64,000 bases of DNA from an uncultured Candidatus Saccharibacteria bacterium (GCA_964576615.1 CAZNUU010000003.1:6523-70522); one strand, 5' to 3'. Shown: positions 18,414 through 27,650, numbered from the stretch's first letter. Numbers and translations are program-made. Notes: generated from the letters alone by a model not told the origin.

Positions 18414-18482
18414 GAAGAAACCTCTCCCATTTTTATATCACAAAATAAATCGTGTAAAAAGCCACATTTCTGTGGCCTTTTA

Positions 18483-19091
18483 CTACGCTGCGGCTGGAGT
18501 TTCTTTCTTCTTCCTTACCCTAGCCTTCTTTTCCTTCACAACTTCATCTTTAGTCTCAACTTTTTTAAATGGAAAACCTAGGTGTTTCAAAAATGCCTTT
18601 GTTTCTTCTTTATTTTTAATATTTGTAACAACCGTAACCGAAAGCCCGAACACATCTCGAAGATCTTCGTCCGATGTTTCCGGAAAAATTGTGTTTTCAC
18701 GAATACCTAGAGTGTAGTTACCCATACCATCAACAGAGTTAGCGGAGACACCTCGAAAGTCCTTTGTTCGTGGAAGAGCAATGTTTATTAATTTATCTAA
18801 AAAGTCGTACATCCTCTGACCTCGAAGAGTTATTTGCATCCCAACTGTATCGCCCTGTCGTATTTTAAAACCAGCCACAGAAATTTTTGCACCTTTTCTA
18901 ACCGGTTTCTGGCCTGTTATTTTTGAAAGCCTGTCTTCGATTAAATCAAGTTTCTTCTTGTCCTTACCTGCACTAATACCACAAGAGACTACCACTTTTT
19001 CTATTCGTGGAGCTTGCATAGCATTTGTATAATGAAACTCTTCTTTCATTCCTTCAAATGCTGTATTTATTTTTTGTTTAACTGATTCCAT
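18483..19091 (-). CDS. rplE: 50S ribosomal protein L5
   Basis: PRIEKVVV, ITGQKP, ITLRG..MYDFL, LPR.KDFRG. Confidence 0.97.
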   Translation of the reverse strand: MESVKQKINTAFEGMKEEFHYTNAMQAPRIEKVVVSCGISAGKDKKKLDLIEDRLSKITGQKPVRKGAKISVAGFKIRQGDTVGMQITLRGQRMYDFLDKLINIALPRTKDFRGVSANSVDGMGNYTLGIRENTIFPETSDEDLRDVFGLSVTVVTNIKNKEETKAFLKHLGFPFKKVETKDEVVKEKKARVRKKKETPAAA

Positions 19092-19093
19092 TT

Positions 19094-19312
19094 TTATTTT
19101 GTCTTCTTTACGTTAGATATGTGAATGGGCATAGCCTTATCCAGTATCTGCCCCTTCTCACCTCCTTTTCGTGGACCTTGGTGAACCTTGAGCACATTTA
19201 CCCCAGAGACAATGACTTTGTTCTCTTTTGGCAGAGCTTTAACAACTGTGCCAGTTTTGCCTTTGTCTTTGCCAGTTAAAACTATTACTTTGTCATCTTT
19301 CTTTACGTGCAT
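19094..19312 (-). CDS. rplX: 50S ribosomal protein L24
   Basis: GKDKGK.G.V, PIHISNV. Confidence 0.95.
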   Translation of the reverse strand: MHVKKDDKVIVLTGKDKGKTGTVVKALPKENKVIVSGVNVLKVHQGPRKGGEKGQILDKAMPIHISNVKKTK

Positions 19313-19322
19313 GATATTAAAA

Positions 19323-19700
19323 TTAGACCACTTCCGGAGCTAAGGAAATAATTTTCTGAAACCCCACTTCGCCAACCTCTCTTGGAATTGGACCGAAAAC
19401 ACGACCAGCTAAAGGTTCTTTCTTCTTTGGATCTTTTAGTATAAGAACAACTGCATTTTCATCAAAGCGAATGTAAGATCCATCTTTTCTCCTAAAGGGC
19501 GCTTTTTGCCTCACTACAATTCCACGAACTACATCTTTTTTCTTTATCGCCTCACGCGGTTTTGCTTTCTGAATTGAAAGCACCACAATCTCGCCGATGG
19601 AAGCATATCTTTTCTTGGATGATCCGAGCACTTTGAAAATTCTGCCGATTTTTCCACCGGAGTTGTCTGCAATTTTTACAATTGAGCGTGGTTGAATCAT
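19323..19700 (-). CDS. rplN: 50S ribosomal protein L14
   Basis: ADNSG, IRFDENA, RVFGP, SLAPEV. Confidence 0.97.
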   Translation of the reverse strand: MIQPRSIVKIADNSGGKIGRIFKVLGSSKKRYASIGEIVVLSIQKAKPREAIKKKDVVRGIVVRQKAPFRRKDGSYIRFDENAVVLILKDPKKKEPLAGRVFGPIPREVGEVGFQKIISLAPEVV

Positions 19701-19704
19701 AAAA

Positions 19705-19968
19705 TTAAATTACTTTGAAGTGTTTGGTCTTAGAAATCGGCCGACACTCTTCAATCTCCACAATCTCACCAAGTTTTTTAGTATTTCCTGGATCATGAAC
19801 CTTGAATTTTTTACTATAGGAAATGTACTTGCCGTATTTTGGGTGCTTTACATAACGAGAAACCAAAACAACGATTGTATCTTTCATCTTGTCAGAGACG
19901 ACTTTACCAGAAATTCTCTTGCGAGCTCCTTTTACTTCTGTATTTTGTTTTTGTAATGTTGCAGTCAT
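19705..19968 (-). CDS. rpsQ: 30S ribosomal protein S17
   Basis: GKVVSDKM.KT, HPKYGK, ECRPISKTK. Confidence 0.96.
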   Translation of the reverse strand: MTATLQKQNTEVKGARKRISGKVVSDKMKDTIVVLVSRYVKHPKYGKYISYSKKFKVHDPGNTKKLGEIVEIEECRPISKTKHFKVI

Positions 19969-19983
19969 TTTATTTTGAATATT

Positions 19984-20172
19984 TTAAGATTTCTTCGCAT
20001 TTAACAGAGTCAAAATTTTAGCAATATCTTTCCTTATCGCTCTGCCCTCTCTTACGTTTCTAGTATTACTGCCAGAGACAGAAAATCTGAAAGTTCTTAG
20101 AGCATTTCTCTTTTCCGTAAGGAGCGTTCCTAGTTCTTTACCACTTTTATTTTTTAGTTCTTTTATCTTCAT
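19984..20172 (-). CDS. rpmC: 50S ribosomal protein L29
   Basis: position, RKDIAKILT. Confidence 0.92.
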   Translation of the reverse strand: MKIKELKNKSGKELGTLLTEKRNALRTFRFSVSGSNTRNVREGRAIRKDIAKILTLLNAKKS

Positions 20173-20186
20173 AAAGTTATCAGAAA

Positions 20187-20612
20187 TTAACTGTGGGTAG
20201 CAGAAATTACCTTGGTCTTAACTGGAAGTTTTGTCCCCGCTTTTCTAAGTGACTCTCTTGCTATCTCATCCGTTACACCGTCCACTTCAAAAATAATTCG
20301 TCCAGGCTTAACAGGAGCACAGTAGCCAAACAAATCACCCTTACCTTTTCCAAGTTTCACTTCCGCTGGTTTTTTTGTAAGAGGCATATCTGGAAAAACT
20401 CTTATCCAGATCTTGCCGGTCTTACCCAACTCTCGAGAAAGAGCTTTTCTAGCTGCTTCCAGTTGATTCGACATGATTCTGCCTCCGGTAATCGCCTTAA
20501 TTGCATGCGAGCCGAAATCAACATGCGTGCCGCGGGAAGCTACCCCAACCTTTTCCGGGTTTTTTCTAAATGTATGCCATTTTCTGTATTTAACTTTTTT
20601 TGGAAGCAGCAT
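20187..20612 (-). CDS. rplP: 50S ribosomal protein L16
   Basis: MLLPKKVKYRK, IWIRVFPD, GKGKG. Confidence 0.97.
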   Translation of the reverse strand: MLLPKKVKYRKWHTFRKNPEKVGVASRGTHVDFGSHAIKAITGGRIMSNQLEAARKALSRELGKTGKIWIRVFPDMPLTKKPAEVKLGKGKGDLFGYCAPVKPGRIIFEVDGVTDEIARESLRKAGTKLPVKTKVISATHS

Positions 20613-20620
20613 AATATTTA

Positions 20621-21280
20621 TTATTTCTTAGCAAATACCTCACCTTTGTAGATCCAGACCTTTATGCCAATCCCGCCGTAAGGCAATCTGGCCTCGTACT
20701 TTGCAAATTCAACATCAGCTCGAAGCGTCTGGAGTGGAATTCTGCCTCTTTTTATTTTTTCCTTTCTGGCCATAGTTGCTCCACCAAGTCGCCCTGACAA
20801 TTCCAGCTTTACCCCTTGGACATCTCGGTTCGCCATAACTTTTTCCACGACCTGCTTTGCAACTCGCCTAAAAGGAAGTCTTTTCTCTAATCCATCTGCA
20901 ATCATTTGAACCACGATCATCGCATTCGATTCCGGAGACTTAACTTCTTTTATATCAACCTTCACTTCACCTCCAGAAGAAAGTTTGTTTTTGGACAGAA
21001 ATGACAAAATGTCGTTTTTCAGCTTTACTGCACCATCACCTGAGCGACCAATAATCATTCCAGGTCTAGATGTTTCAATAATAATTCTTAAAATTTTTTC
21101 TCCTCTCTCCATCTCGATATTTGAAACATAAAAACCTCGTAATTTCTTTTGTAAATGTTCTCGAAGCAATACATCGCTTTTCAAAAATTCTTTGTATTTT
21201 GACTTCACGCCAAACCAGCGAGATTTCCAATCTCTGATAATGCCTAGTCTGTGGGAATATGGATGGACTGTGTGTGTCAT
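20621..21280 (-). CDS. rpsC: 30S ribosomal protein S3
   Basis: HP..RLGI..DWKSRWF, RPGMIIG, SGRLGGA, PLQTLRA; start at MTHT. Confidence 0.96.
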   Translation of the reverse strand: MTHTVHPYSHRLGIIRDWKSRWFGVKSKYKEFLKSDVLLREHLQKKLRGFYVSNIEMERGEKILRIIIETSRPGMIIGRSGDGAVKLKNDILSFLSKNKLSSGGEVKVDIKEVKSPESNAMIVVQMIADGLEKRLPFRRVAKQVVEKVMANRDVQGVKLELSGRLGGATMARKEKIKRGRIPLQTLRADVEFAKYEARLPYGGIGIKVWIYKGEVFAKK

Positions 21281-21281
21281 G

Positions 21282-21629
21282 TTATTTCTTTGCTTTGCCC
21301 TCAGCCAATTCAACATATATTGAACTTGTGCGCTTGCGTATAGGATGAGCACTACCCCTCGCAGCTGGTCGTCTCCGGTAAAGGATTGCTCCCCCATCAA
21401 CTGTAATTTTCTTTACAATTAAGTTCTCTGTTGGAATATCTAAATGTTTTGCATTGGCCAAAGCAGAGAGAATTAGATTTTTTAATGGCTTGGAAGCCTT
21501 TTTAGTAACGAAATCTAAGTTTACTAAAACATCAGAAACTTTTTTGCCCCGTAAGGTGTTGGCCACCAACCTCATCTTGCGAGGAGCTTGCCGGAAATCA
21601 TTTAGTAATGCGTGTGCCTTCTTTTCCAT
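21282..21629 (-). CDS. rplV: 50S ribosomal protein L22
   Basis: RQAPRKMRLVA, ARG.A.PIRKRTS. Confidence 0.96.
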   Translation of the reverse strand: MEKKAHALLNDFRQAPRKMRLVANTLRGKKVSDVLVNLDFVTKKASKPLKNLILSALANAKHLDIPTENLIVKKITVDGGAILYRRRPAARGSAHPIRKRTSSIYVELAEGKAKK

Positions 21630-21637
21630 GATAAAAA

Positions 21638-21985
21638 TTATTTCTTAGCTGCATCTGCGGTAGTTGCTTTGGCAGCTTGAGCTGCAGCTATTTCACCTTC
21701 TTTTTTAGCCTGCTCCAGTTCTTTTTGCATTCGACCTCCGTGTTTTATGAATTTCTTAGTCGGAGAAAACTCTCCTAGTCTGTGACCCACCATATCTTCC
21801 GAAACTAAAACATCTAAATGTGTTTTGCCATTATGAACCCCAAAAGTAAAACCAATCATCTCTGGAGAAATAACACAGGCTCGAGACCAAGTCTTAATAA
21901 CCCCTGTCTCCAGTGGCTTTTTGCCTTCGATCTTCTTTAGAACACGAGGATCGACATATGGACCTTTTTTACTTGAGCGTGTCAT
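21638..21985 (-). CDS. rpsS: 30S ribosomal protein S19
   Basis: [26 protein letters not shown]. Confidence 0.97.
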   Translation of the reverse strand: MTRSSKKGPYVDPRVLKKIEGKKPLETGVIKTWSRACVISPEMIGFTFGVHNGKTHLDVLVSEDMVGHRLGEFSPTKKFIKHGGRMQKELEQAKKEGEIAAAQAAKATTADAAKK

Positions 21986-22088
21986 TTTTTAATTTCTTAA
22001 AAAGAAAAACCACGATGTTAGTGGTACTTGACTGAGACTTAGCACCGCAAACAAATGAGTAAGAGGTAATGGCTTCTTACGTGGAAAC

Positions 22089-22117
22089 ATACTATACAAA
22101 TACCCCTAAAATGTCAA
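22089..22117 (-). promoter_or_regulatory. internal promoter restarting S10 operon at rpsS
   Basis: TTGACA-17-TAGTAT directly after cassette terminator 22118-22146. Confidence 0.7.
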
Positions 22118-22155
22118 AGGCGGTACCAGACTTTCCGATACCGCCTATAGTGCTA

Positions 22156-22434
22156 TTACATAACATGCACAGAAGAGACCATCCCCTCGTGGACTTCCCA
22201 GGCTCGTTCTAGAAGAATGGCGACCTCGACGGTTGTCATCTCCTTTTTACGAGCAAAGACCTCCACGATCTCAACCATCTCCTGTGGTGGATTTGCTCCG
22301 AGATAGACCGCGGCCCAACCTGCGGCCCCTTTCGGATCACTGGGCGGGGTTGGCGGAGGATCAATCTCACGAATGAGCTCTGCTGCTGCACTCCGTACCC
22401 TGTCGAACAGTTCAGATCGTCTCAACTGACCCAT
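22156..22434 (-). CDS. cassette ORF, hypothetical 92 aa (MGQLRRSELF...)
   Basis: TTGACA-16-TAATGT (22473-22500), GAGGAGG SD, hairpin AGGCGGTA..TACCGCCT. Confidence 0.7.
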   Translation of the reverse strand: MGQLRRSELFDRVRSAAAELIREIDPPPTPPSDPKGAAGWAAVYLGANPPQEMVEIVEVFARKKEMTTVEVAILLERAWEVHEGMVSSVHVM

Positions 22435-22543
22435 CTGACAAGCCTCCTCTGGCACCATGCCATCCAACCAGAACATTAATTAATTTCATAAAAATGTCAA
22501 AGGGCGACGTAGGTTTTCACCTAGTCGCCCCTGAAGAACCCCC

Positions 22544-22792
22544 TCACTTCACCAGACGTGCTAGCACTCTCTCGGTGCACGGCACATAGGTGATTGTGAG
22601 ACTCTGCTCTGATAGTGTGGCTCCATTGTGCGTTGCCACCATTGCGAAGCAGAGATCGGTCGTCTCGTCTTTTCCGTAGACGAGAGACTTGATGATCTCA
22701 CGCGCATTTGCTGGTTTCACCTCGGAAGCCTGCTGCGTGCAAGCAACCGAGAGAATCGCCACCAGAAAAGCCGTTACGAGCAATTTGGTCAT
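22544..22792 (-). CDS. cassette ORF, small lipoprotein
   Basis: lipobox LSVAC; TTGACT-17-TATAAT (22812-22840), AGGAGG SD, hairpin GGGCGAC..GTCGCCC. Confidence 0.8.
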   Translation of the reverse strand: MTKLLVTAFLVAILSVACTQQASEVKPANAREIIKSLVYGKDETTDLCFAMVATHNGATLSEQSLTITYVPCTERVLARLVK

Positions 22793-22842
22793 GTCTGACC
22801 CTCCTGCTACAATTATACACTAATATTAGATAATAGTCAAGT

Positions 22843-22874
22843 AAGAAAAGAGCCCTATGTAGGGCTCTTTTCTT
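22843..22874 (-). terminator. terminator after rplB
   Basis: AAGAAAAGAGCCCT-ATGT-AGGGCTCTTTTCTT. Confidence 0.75.
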
Positions 22875-23715
22875 ACTTCTGCTTCCCAACTCGTCTACGA
22901 CTAACAATATATCTATTTGAATATTTCTTAGGAGTTCGAGACTTCTGCCCCTTACCGGTTGGTTTACCGTAAACTGAGATTGCTCGCCTCCTACCTCGGC
23001 CCTGCCTTTGTTCACCTCCACCGTATGGGTGATCAACTGGGTTTTGAGCAGTACCTCGAACTGTAGGACGAATGCCGAGCCAGCGACTTCTTCCAGCTTT
23101 GCCCAAATTAACCAATCTATTTTCATCGTTTGAAACATCACCAATGGATGCCCAAGCATTTTCCGAAACTTTTCTAACTTCGGTTGATGGCATTTTTATA
23201 TCAACATAACCGGCATCTTTTGCCACCACCTCCACATAGTTTCCCGCAGATCGGGCTAGCTTTGCCCCACCGCCTGGTTTTATTTCCACATTGTAAACAA
23301 ATGTACCGATATCAATATTTTTTAAAGGAAGCCTATTACCGGCTTTTCTTTCTGCTTTTTCCGAAGTGATATAGGTTTCTTCAACCCTGGCTTGTTTTGG
23401 TATAAGCACATATCTTTTTTCTCCATCTTGGTATTGAGCAAGACCGATGAAACCAGATCTATTTGGATCATACTCCACTGTTTTTAAAATATAAGGCACA
23501 TCAAATTTGTCGTATCTAAAATCCACTTCCCTGAAAAGCCTCTTGTGTCCACCACCTTTGTGACGAGTTGTAATCTCCCCAGCATTATTTCGTCCCATTG
23601 CTCTTTTGAATCCATGAGTGAGAGATTTATTTGGTTCTGAAGCAGTCAAAAAGTTGCCGAATGAAATTGTCGACATTTGCCTTCTACTTTTTGTATATGG
23701 TCTGTATCGTTTCAT
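22873..23715 (-). CDS. rplB: 50S ribosomal protein L2
   Basis: GRNN.G.IT.RHKGGGHK, EYDPNRS, RPTVRG..NPVDHP.GGGE. Confidence 0.98.
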   Translation of the reverse strand: MKRYRPYTKSRRQMSTISFGNFLTASEPNKSLTHGFKRAMGRNNAGEITTRHKGGGHKRLFREVDFRYDKFDVPYILKTVEYDPNRSGFIGLAQYQDGEKRYVLIPKQARVEETYITSEKAERKAGNRLPLKNIDIGTFVYNVEIKPGGGAKLARSAGNYVEVVAKDAGYVDIKMPSTEVRKVSENAWASIGDVSNDENRLVNLGKAGRSRWLGIRPTVRGTAQNPVDHPYGGGEQRQGRGRRRAISVYGKPTGKGQKSRTPKKYSNRYIVSRRRVGKQK

Positions 23716-23719
23716 TTTT

Positions 23720-24058
23720 TTACAAGTTTTCTATTTTTGTTCCAGGCTTAAGGTATATATATGCTTTTTTGTAACCAGATTTTTTACCCCGCTTGCCCCT
23801 GACAAAAACATTTTTAGCTGGAATAGTAACTGTGTTTATTTTAATTGGAGAGATCTTGTATTTTTCAACAAAAGCTTTTTCCACATTCGCCTTTGTAGCA
23901 CCTGGGTCAATTTCAAAAACGTACACCGAGTTTTCAGACTTAACCGTAGCTTTTTCGGTAACATGAGGACTTATTAAAATGTGAGATGTATCTTTCACCC
24001 CGTGAGATAACGTGTTGTAAGATCTTTGATTATTTTTTTGTAAAGTTTGTTTTGCCAT
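23720..24058 (-). CDS. rplW: 50S ribosomal protein L23
   Basis: P.VTEKA, YVFEI...ATK, KKAYI.L. Confidence 0.94.
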   Translation of the reverse strand: MAKQTLQKNNQRSYNTLSHGVKDTSHILISPHVTEKATVKSENSVYVFEIDPGATKANVEKAFVEKYKISPIKINTVTIPAKNVFVRGKRGKKSGYKKAYIYLKPGTKIENL

Positions 24059-24079
24059 ACTCGTTTAACAACAACTATT

Positions 24080-24832
24080 TTATCTCATGGGGTTATCTAA
24101 CTTACCAGATATTTGGGCGAGTGATTTCTCCGGATTTGAAATAACCACATATTTGTATTTCATAAGATTAAGAGGATTTAGATTGCGAATCTCATCTACG
24201 TGCATGTTAGAGAAATTTCGAAAACTTTTTTCTGTATTTACATCCTTGGAATCAAGAGCAATGTAAGCAGAATTTTTCCCTTTCCTAAGTAGAGATTCGT
24301 ACCCCTTAACCTTTGAAAGAGAAACCAAAACTTCTCTCGCTTCTTTGGTCTTTGGAGCCTTAAGAGAAAGATCGTTTACAAATAAAATCTCACCTTGTTT
24401 TAGTTTTCGAGAAAGAATAGTGTAGAGAGCCTTTGCCTTCATTTTCTTGTTTACTTTTCTGTAAAAATCTTTTTCATTGGTAGGACCGTGAGTTACACCA
24501 CCTCCAACCCAGATTGGAGATCGAATAGAACCGTGCCTGGCTCGTCCCGTACCTTTCTGTTGCCAAGGTTTTTTACCCCCCCCAGAGACATCACCTCGGC
24601 CTTTCGTATGAGCAACTGGAGTTCTTTTGGTTGATTCCATAGATGTAACCACTTGGTGAACTAAGTCAGCATTCCAAGGTAAACCAAAAACTGTAGCAGG
24701 TAATTCCAGTTTTCCGGAAGCTGTACCTTTTGTGTTATAGACTGTTGTCTCTAAGCCGTTAGTTGCTTCGGTAGCTACCTTTTTAGTTTTTCTTACTTTT
24801 GTTTCAGGAGTTTCCATAATATTTAAATTCAT
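24080..24832 (-). CDS. rplD: 50S ribosomal protein L4
   Basis: VSGGGKKPWQQKGTGRARHGSIRSP. Confidence 0.97.
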   Translation of the reverse strand: MNLNIMETPETKVRKTKKVATEATNGLETTVYNTKGTASGKLELPATVFGLPWNADLVHQVVTSMESTKRTPVAHTKGRGDVSGGGKKPWQQKGTGRARHGSIRSPIWVGGGVTHGPTNEKDFYRKVNKKMKAKALYTILSRKLKQGEILFVNDLSLKAPKTKEAREVLVSLSKVKGYESLLRKGKNSAYIALDSKDVNTEKSFRNFSNMHVDEIRNLNPLNLMKYKYVVISNPEKSLAQISGKLDNPMR

Positions 24833-24846
24833 CTTATCTAACTGGT

Positions 24847-25458
24847 TTATCCGTTTACTTCTATTAGTGTGCCTCTTCTTCCGGGAACTGCACCCTGTAT
24901 TAAAAGTTCACCTGTCTCTGCATTTGCCGAAATAACTGTCAGACCTTTTGATGTAACTCGCTCGCCGCCCATTCTGCCGGCCATTCTCTTGCCTTTAGCC
25001 ACACGACCTCCATCACGACCACCTCCTCCGAGTGAGCCAGGCTCTCTTTCAGAATGTTTTTGACCATGAGTTCGCGGACCACCTTTAAAACCGTGTCTTT
25101 TTACGCCGCCTTGAAAACCTTTGCCTTTTGAAATACCAGAGACTGTAACTTTATCACCTGCTACAAATGAAGTTAAATCAATTATGTCCCCAATTTTAAC
25201 TGTTGGTTCCTCACTCGTTCTAAATTCTTTCAAAACTTGATAGTTACCTCCTTTCATCTGACCCTTAACTGCTTTAGAAATATTTTTTTCTTTTCTGGAA
25301 CCAAAACCGACTTGAATAGCATTATAACCATCTGTCTTTACAGTTTTAACGGCTGTAACAGTCAATGGACCAGACTGAAGAACAGTAACAGGATGAACCA
25401 GTCCTGCCTCGTCAAAAACTTGAGTCATATTTAATTTTTTTCCCAATGTGAATTTCAT
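24847..25458 (-). CDS. rplC: 50S ribosomal protein L3
   Basis: GKKLNMTQVF, SKGKGFQG.VKRH, MAGRMG. Confidence 0.97.
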   Translation of the reverse strand: MKFTLGKKLNMTQVFDEAGLVHPVTVLQSGPLTVTAVKTVKTDGYNAIQVGFGSRKEKNISKAVKGQMKGGNYQVLKEFRTSEEPTVKIGDIIDLTSFVAGDKVTVSGISKGKGFQGGVKRHGFKGGPRTHGQKHSEREPGSLGGGGRDGGRVAKGKRMAGRMGGERVTSKGLTVISANAETGELLIQGAVPGRRGTLIEVNG

Positions 25459-25682
25459 CTCTATTTACCTAATTTGCGGTAGCGGTTTGCGGACAGTAAT
25501 GGGGACAGATAATCCTCAACATTGCCCTTCGCTAGCTACCATAAAAAAATCGCTTATGCGATTGGAATACAGTATCAGATATCGTTTAAAAAGACAACTG
25601 CAAATTTAGCCCCAGAAATAGAGTGTTTTTTCAGATTGACAAATTAGTTGATTTGTGATATTATGTACACAGGAGGCAGATC

Positions 25683-25886
25683 ATGTTGGTATTGAGACTG
25701 GCCTGGTTAGTACTCGGTTTGCTCCTCATCACGGTAATTGGAGGAGCGATCGACAGTGCGACAGGCGCGGGCTTGGCACTTCTGGTGCTTTCGCCGGCTG
25801 CTCGCATGTTCCATTTCGTGGTAGGAGGCCTGTGGGGAGTGGGAATTTACTTCCTCATAACGAGGCTTCTCATCCGCAAACGCTGA
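25683..25886 (+). CDS. cassette ORF, small hydrophobic membrane protein, opposite to S10 operon
   Basis: TTGACA-17-TATTAT (25636-25664), AGGAGG SD, hairpin CGCCGGTCCAA/TTGGACCGGCG. Confidence 0.75.
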   Translation: MLVLRLAWLVLGLLLITVIGGAIDSATGAGLALLVLSPAARMFHFVVGGLWGVGIYFLITRLLIRKR

Positions 25887-25925
25887 AAGAACCCACGCCG
25901 GTCCAAGTTTGGACCGGCGATTTGT

Positions 25926-26372
25926 TTAGATAATTTTTACGTCTATGTTAACTCCACTCGGAAGTGAAAGATTTGTAAGCGCCTCCATTATTTTTGGGGT
26001 TGGATTTAAAATATCAATAAGTCTCTTATGAATTCTCATTTCAAATTGTTCCCGGGCATTTTTGTAAACAAAAGATGAACGATTGACTGTATACTTTTTA
26101 TTCTCCGTAGGAAGTGGAATTGGACCTTCAACTATTGCATCGTACCTTAGAGCTGTATCTATAATTTGCTTTACTGAAACATCTAGGATTTTATACTCAT
26201 AAGCCCTTACTCGAATTCGAAGTTTGGAGATAACATCACCTTTTGCGGGAGCTTTTGCTGCTTTAGGTGCAGGAGTTTTTGTGGCAGTTTTTGTTGCTCT
26301 TGGTTTTCTAGCTTTTGGCTCTTTTGTTTCCTCGCCTGCGCGGGCAGGTGTTGCAGCTTTCTTCGTCGGCAT
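25926..26372 (-). CDS. rpsJ: 30S ribosomal protein S10 with Lys/Ala/Pro-rich N-terminal extension
   Basis: LRIRVRAY, GPIPLPT, REQFEMRIHKRLIDI. Confidence 0.96.
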   Translation of the reverse strand: MPTKKAATPARAGEETKEPKARKPRATKTATKTPAPKAAKAPAKGDVISKLRIRVRAYEYKILDVSVKQIIDTALRYDAIVEGPIPLPTENKKYTVNRSSFVYKNAREQFEMRIHKRLIDILNPTPKIMEALTNLSLPSGVNIDVKII

Positions 26373-26492
26373 AATTTTCAAATGATTAAAAGATAGTAGC
26401 AGGTATTAGTTTTTTGTTCAACCCTACTAGTAGAGCATAGCTCACTACGGGGTAAAGTAAACGAATAGGCGCGCACCTTTTCAGTGCGCGCC

Positions 26493-27089
26493 CTACTTCT
26501 TCGCAGAACGTTTAGGCGCCGGCTTTCTCGGACGAAGTTGCGACTTCACGTAAGAGGCATACTTGTCCTGAAAGATGGCTACGTGAAAGTGGGGCGGACT
26601 TTTCTCTCGCGTCGCCTCAATCACCTTTAGCCCCTCGAGGTAAAGCAGGGTCTTTTCAAATTGCAGCACACACGACGGGTCGGCTGGAATTCGAAAATCG
26701 ACTGCAATGCCTGTCGGATGAACCGACTTGGGCGAAGCGTTTCGGGGTTGCTCTATCTTTGATCTCGTCGCACTAGTCACAACCAGATCACAGATCGGCG
26801 CAATTTCTTGAGCAAATCGCTCCACGAAAAGTTTCGCGACCGGCCGAACAAACGGATGAACGGCACCCTCGACCCGGTAACGACTGTTACCAGGAAGTGC
26901 CACCAGTCTCCCCTGCCTTATGAAACGATCCACATCAGCAGGAGTCTCTAGCCGGGTGAAACCCTCTCGGGTTGCATCTTTGTCCATCCGATCCACGGAC
27001 GCCTTCGAGCCTTTTAGGCTCGGTTTTTGTGCCTGTGCAGACATTGTGAAGCACAAGCACAGTGCAAGTGCACACAAAAGTTTCTGCAT
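26493..27089 (-). CDS. cassette ORF, secreted DUF5715-like / M15-type peptidase-fold protein
   Basis: signal peptide, TSATRS..NAS..SVH.TG.AVD, E..PPHFHVA; GAGGTG SD; hairpin GGCGCGCAC/GTGCGCGCC. Confidence 0.7.
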   Translation of the reverse strand: MQKLLCALALCLCFTMSAQAQKPSLKGSKASVDRMDKDATREGFTRLETPADVDRFIRQGRLVALPGNSRYRVEGAVHPFVRPVAKLFVERFAQEIAPICDLVVTSATRSKIEQPRNASPKSVHPTGIAVDFRIPADPSCVLQFEKTLLYLEGLKVIEATREKSPPHFHVAIFQDKYASYVKSQLRPRKPAPKRSAKK

Positions 27090-27222
27090 ATTCACCTCTT
27101 TTCGGATTTTACACTATTTTTGAAATAAAGTCAAATATAAAATCTAATTTTTTATAAACAAAAACCGCCGACCAATTTGGTCGGGGTCGCTCTCGTGGGG
27201 CAGAAGCCCCACGAGACAGAGT

Positions 27223-27441
27223 TTACGCTCTTTCAGGGCCAAAGGTCACTTCGACGCTGTGGTTAGTGTTGATCTCCAGGAGAAATTCTGTGAGATCTTC
27301 GGGTGAAATGCCCATTGCCCGAGCGAAGTTGTCCAGATCCCGGCACGGCTCCACCAGGATCTTTGGATTTCGACGGACGAGTTCCTCGAGGAACGCGCGG
27401 CATTGCGCAGTTACCTTGATGGTTCTGATCGCGTGTGTCAT
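27223..27441 (-). CDS. cassette ORF, hypothetical 72 aa
   Basis: TTGACA-16-TATTCT (27459-27486), GGAGG SD, hairpin TCTCGTGGGGC/GCCCCACGAGA. Confidence 0.7.
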   Translation of the reverse strand: MTHAIRTIKVTAQCRAFLEELVRRNPKILVEPCRDLDNFARAMGISPEDLTEFLLEINTNHSVEVTFGPERA

Positions 27442-27521
27442 GAAAGCCTCCACCGATGAGAATACTTTAAAACCTTAGAATGTCAACAAAACCGCCTTTC
27501 GGCGGCTTTGTTAGATTCTTT

Positions 27522-27646
27522 AAGAAATTTCAATTTTTGATGCAATGCTAGGCGGACGAGGAAAATAATGTGAGCCTTATCGAGTATAAGGTGAACATTA
27601 TTTTACCGAAGTCCAACAACGCAGTGCGCTAAAATTGGAATTTCTT
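27522..27646. repeat. ERIC-like 125 bp imperfect palindrome downstream of tuf
   Basis: AAGAAATTTCAATTTT..AAAATTGGAATTTCTT ends; central GAG-CCTTAT/ATAAGG-TGA. Confidence 0.7.
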
Positions 27647-27650
27647 CTGT

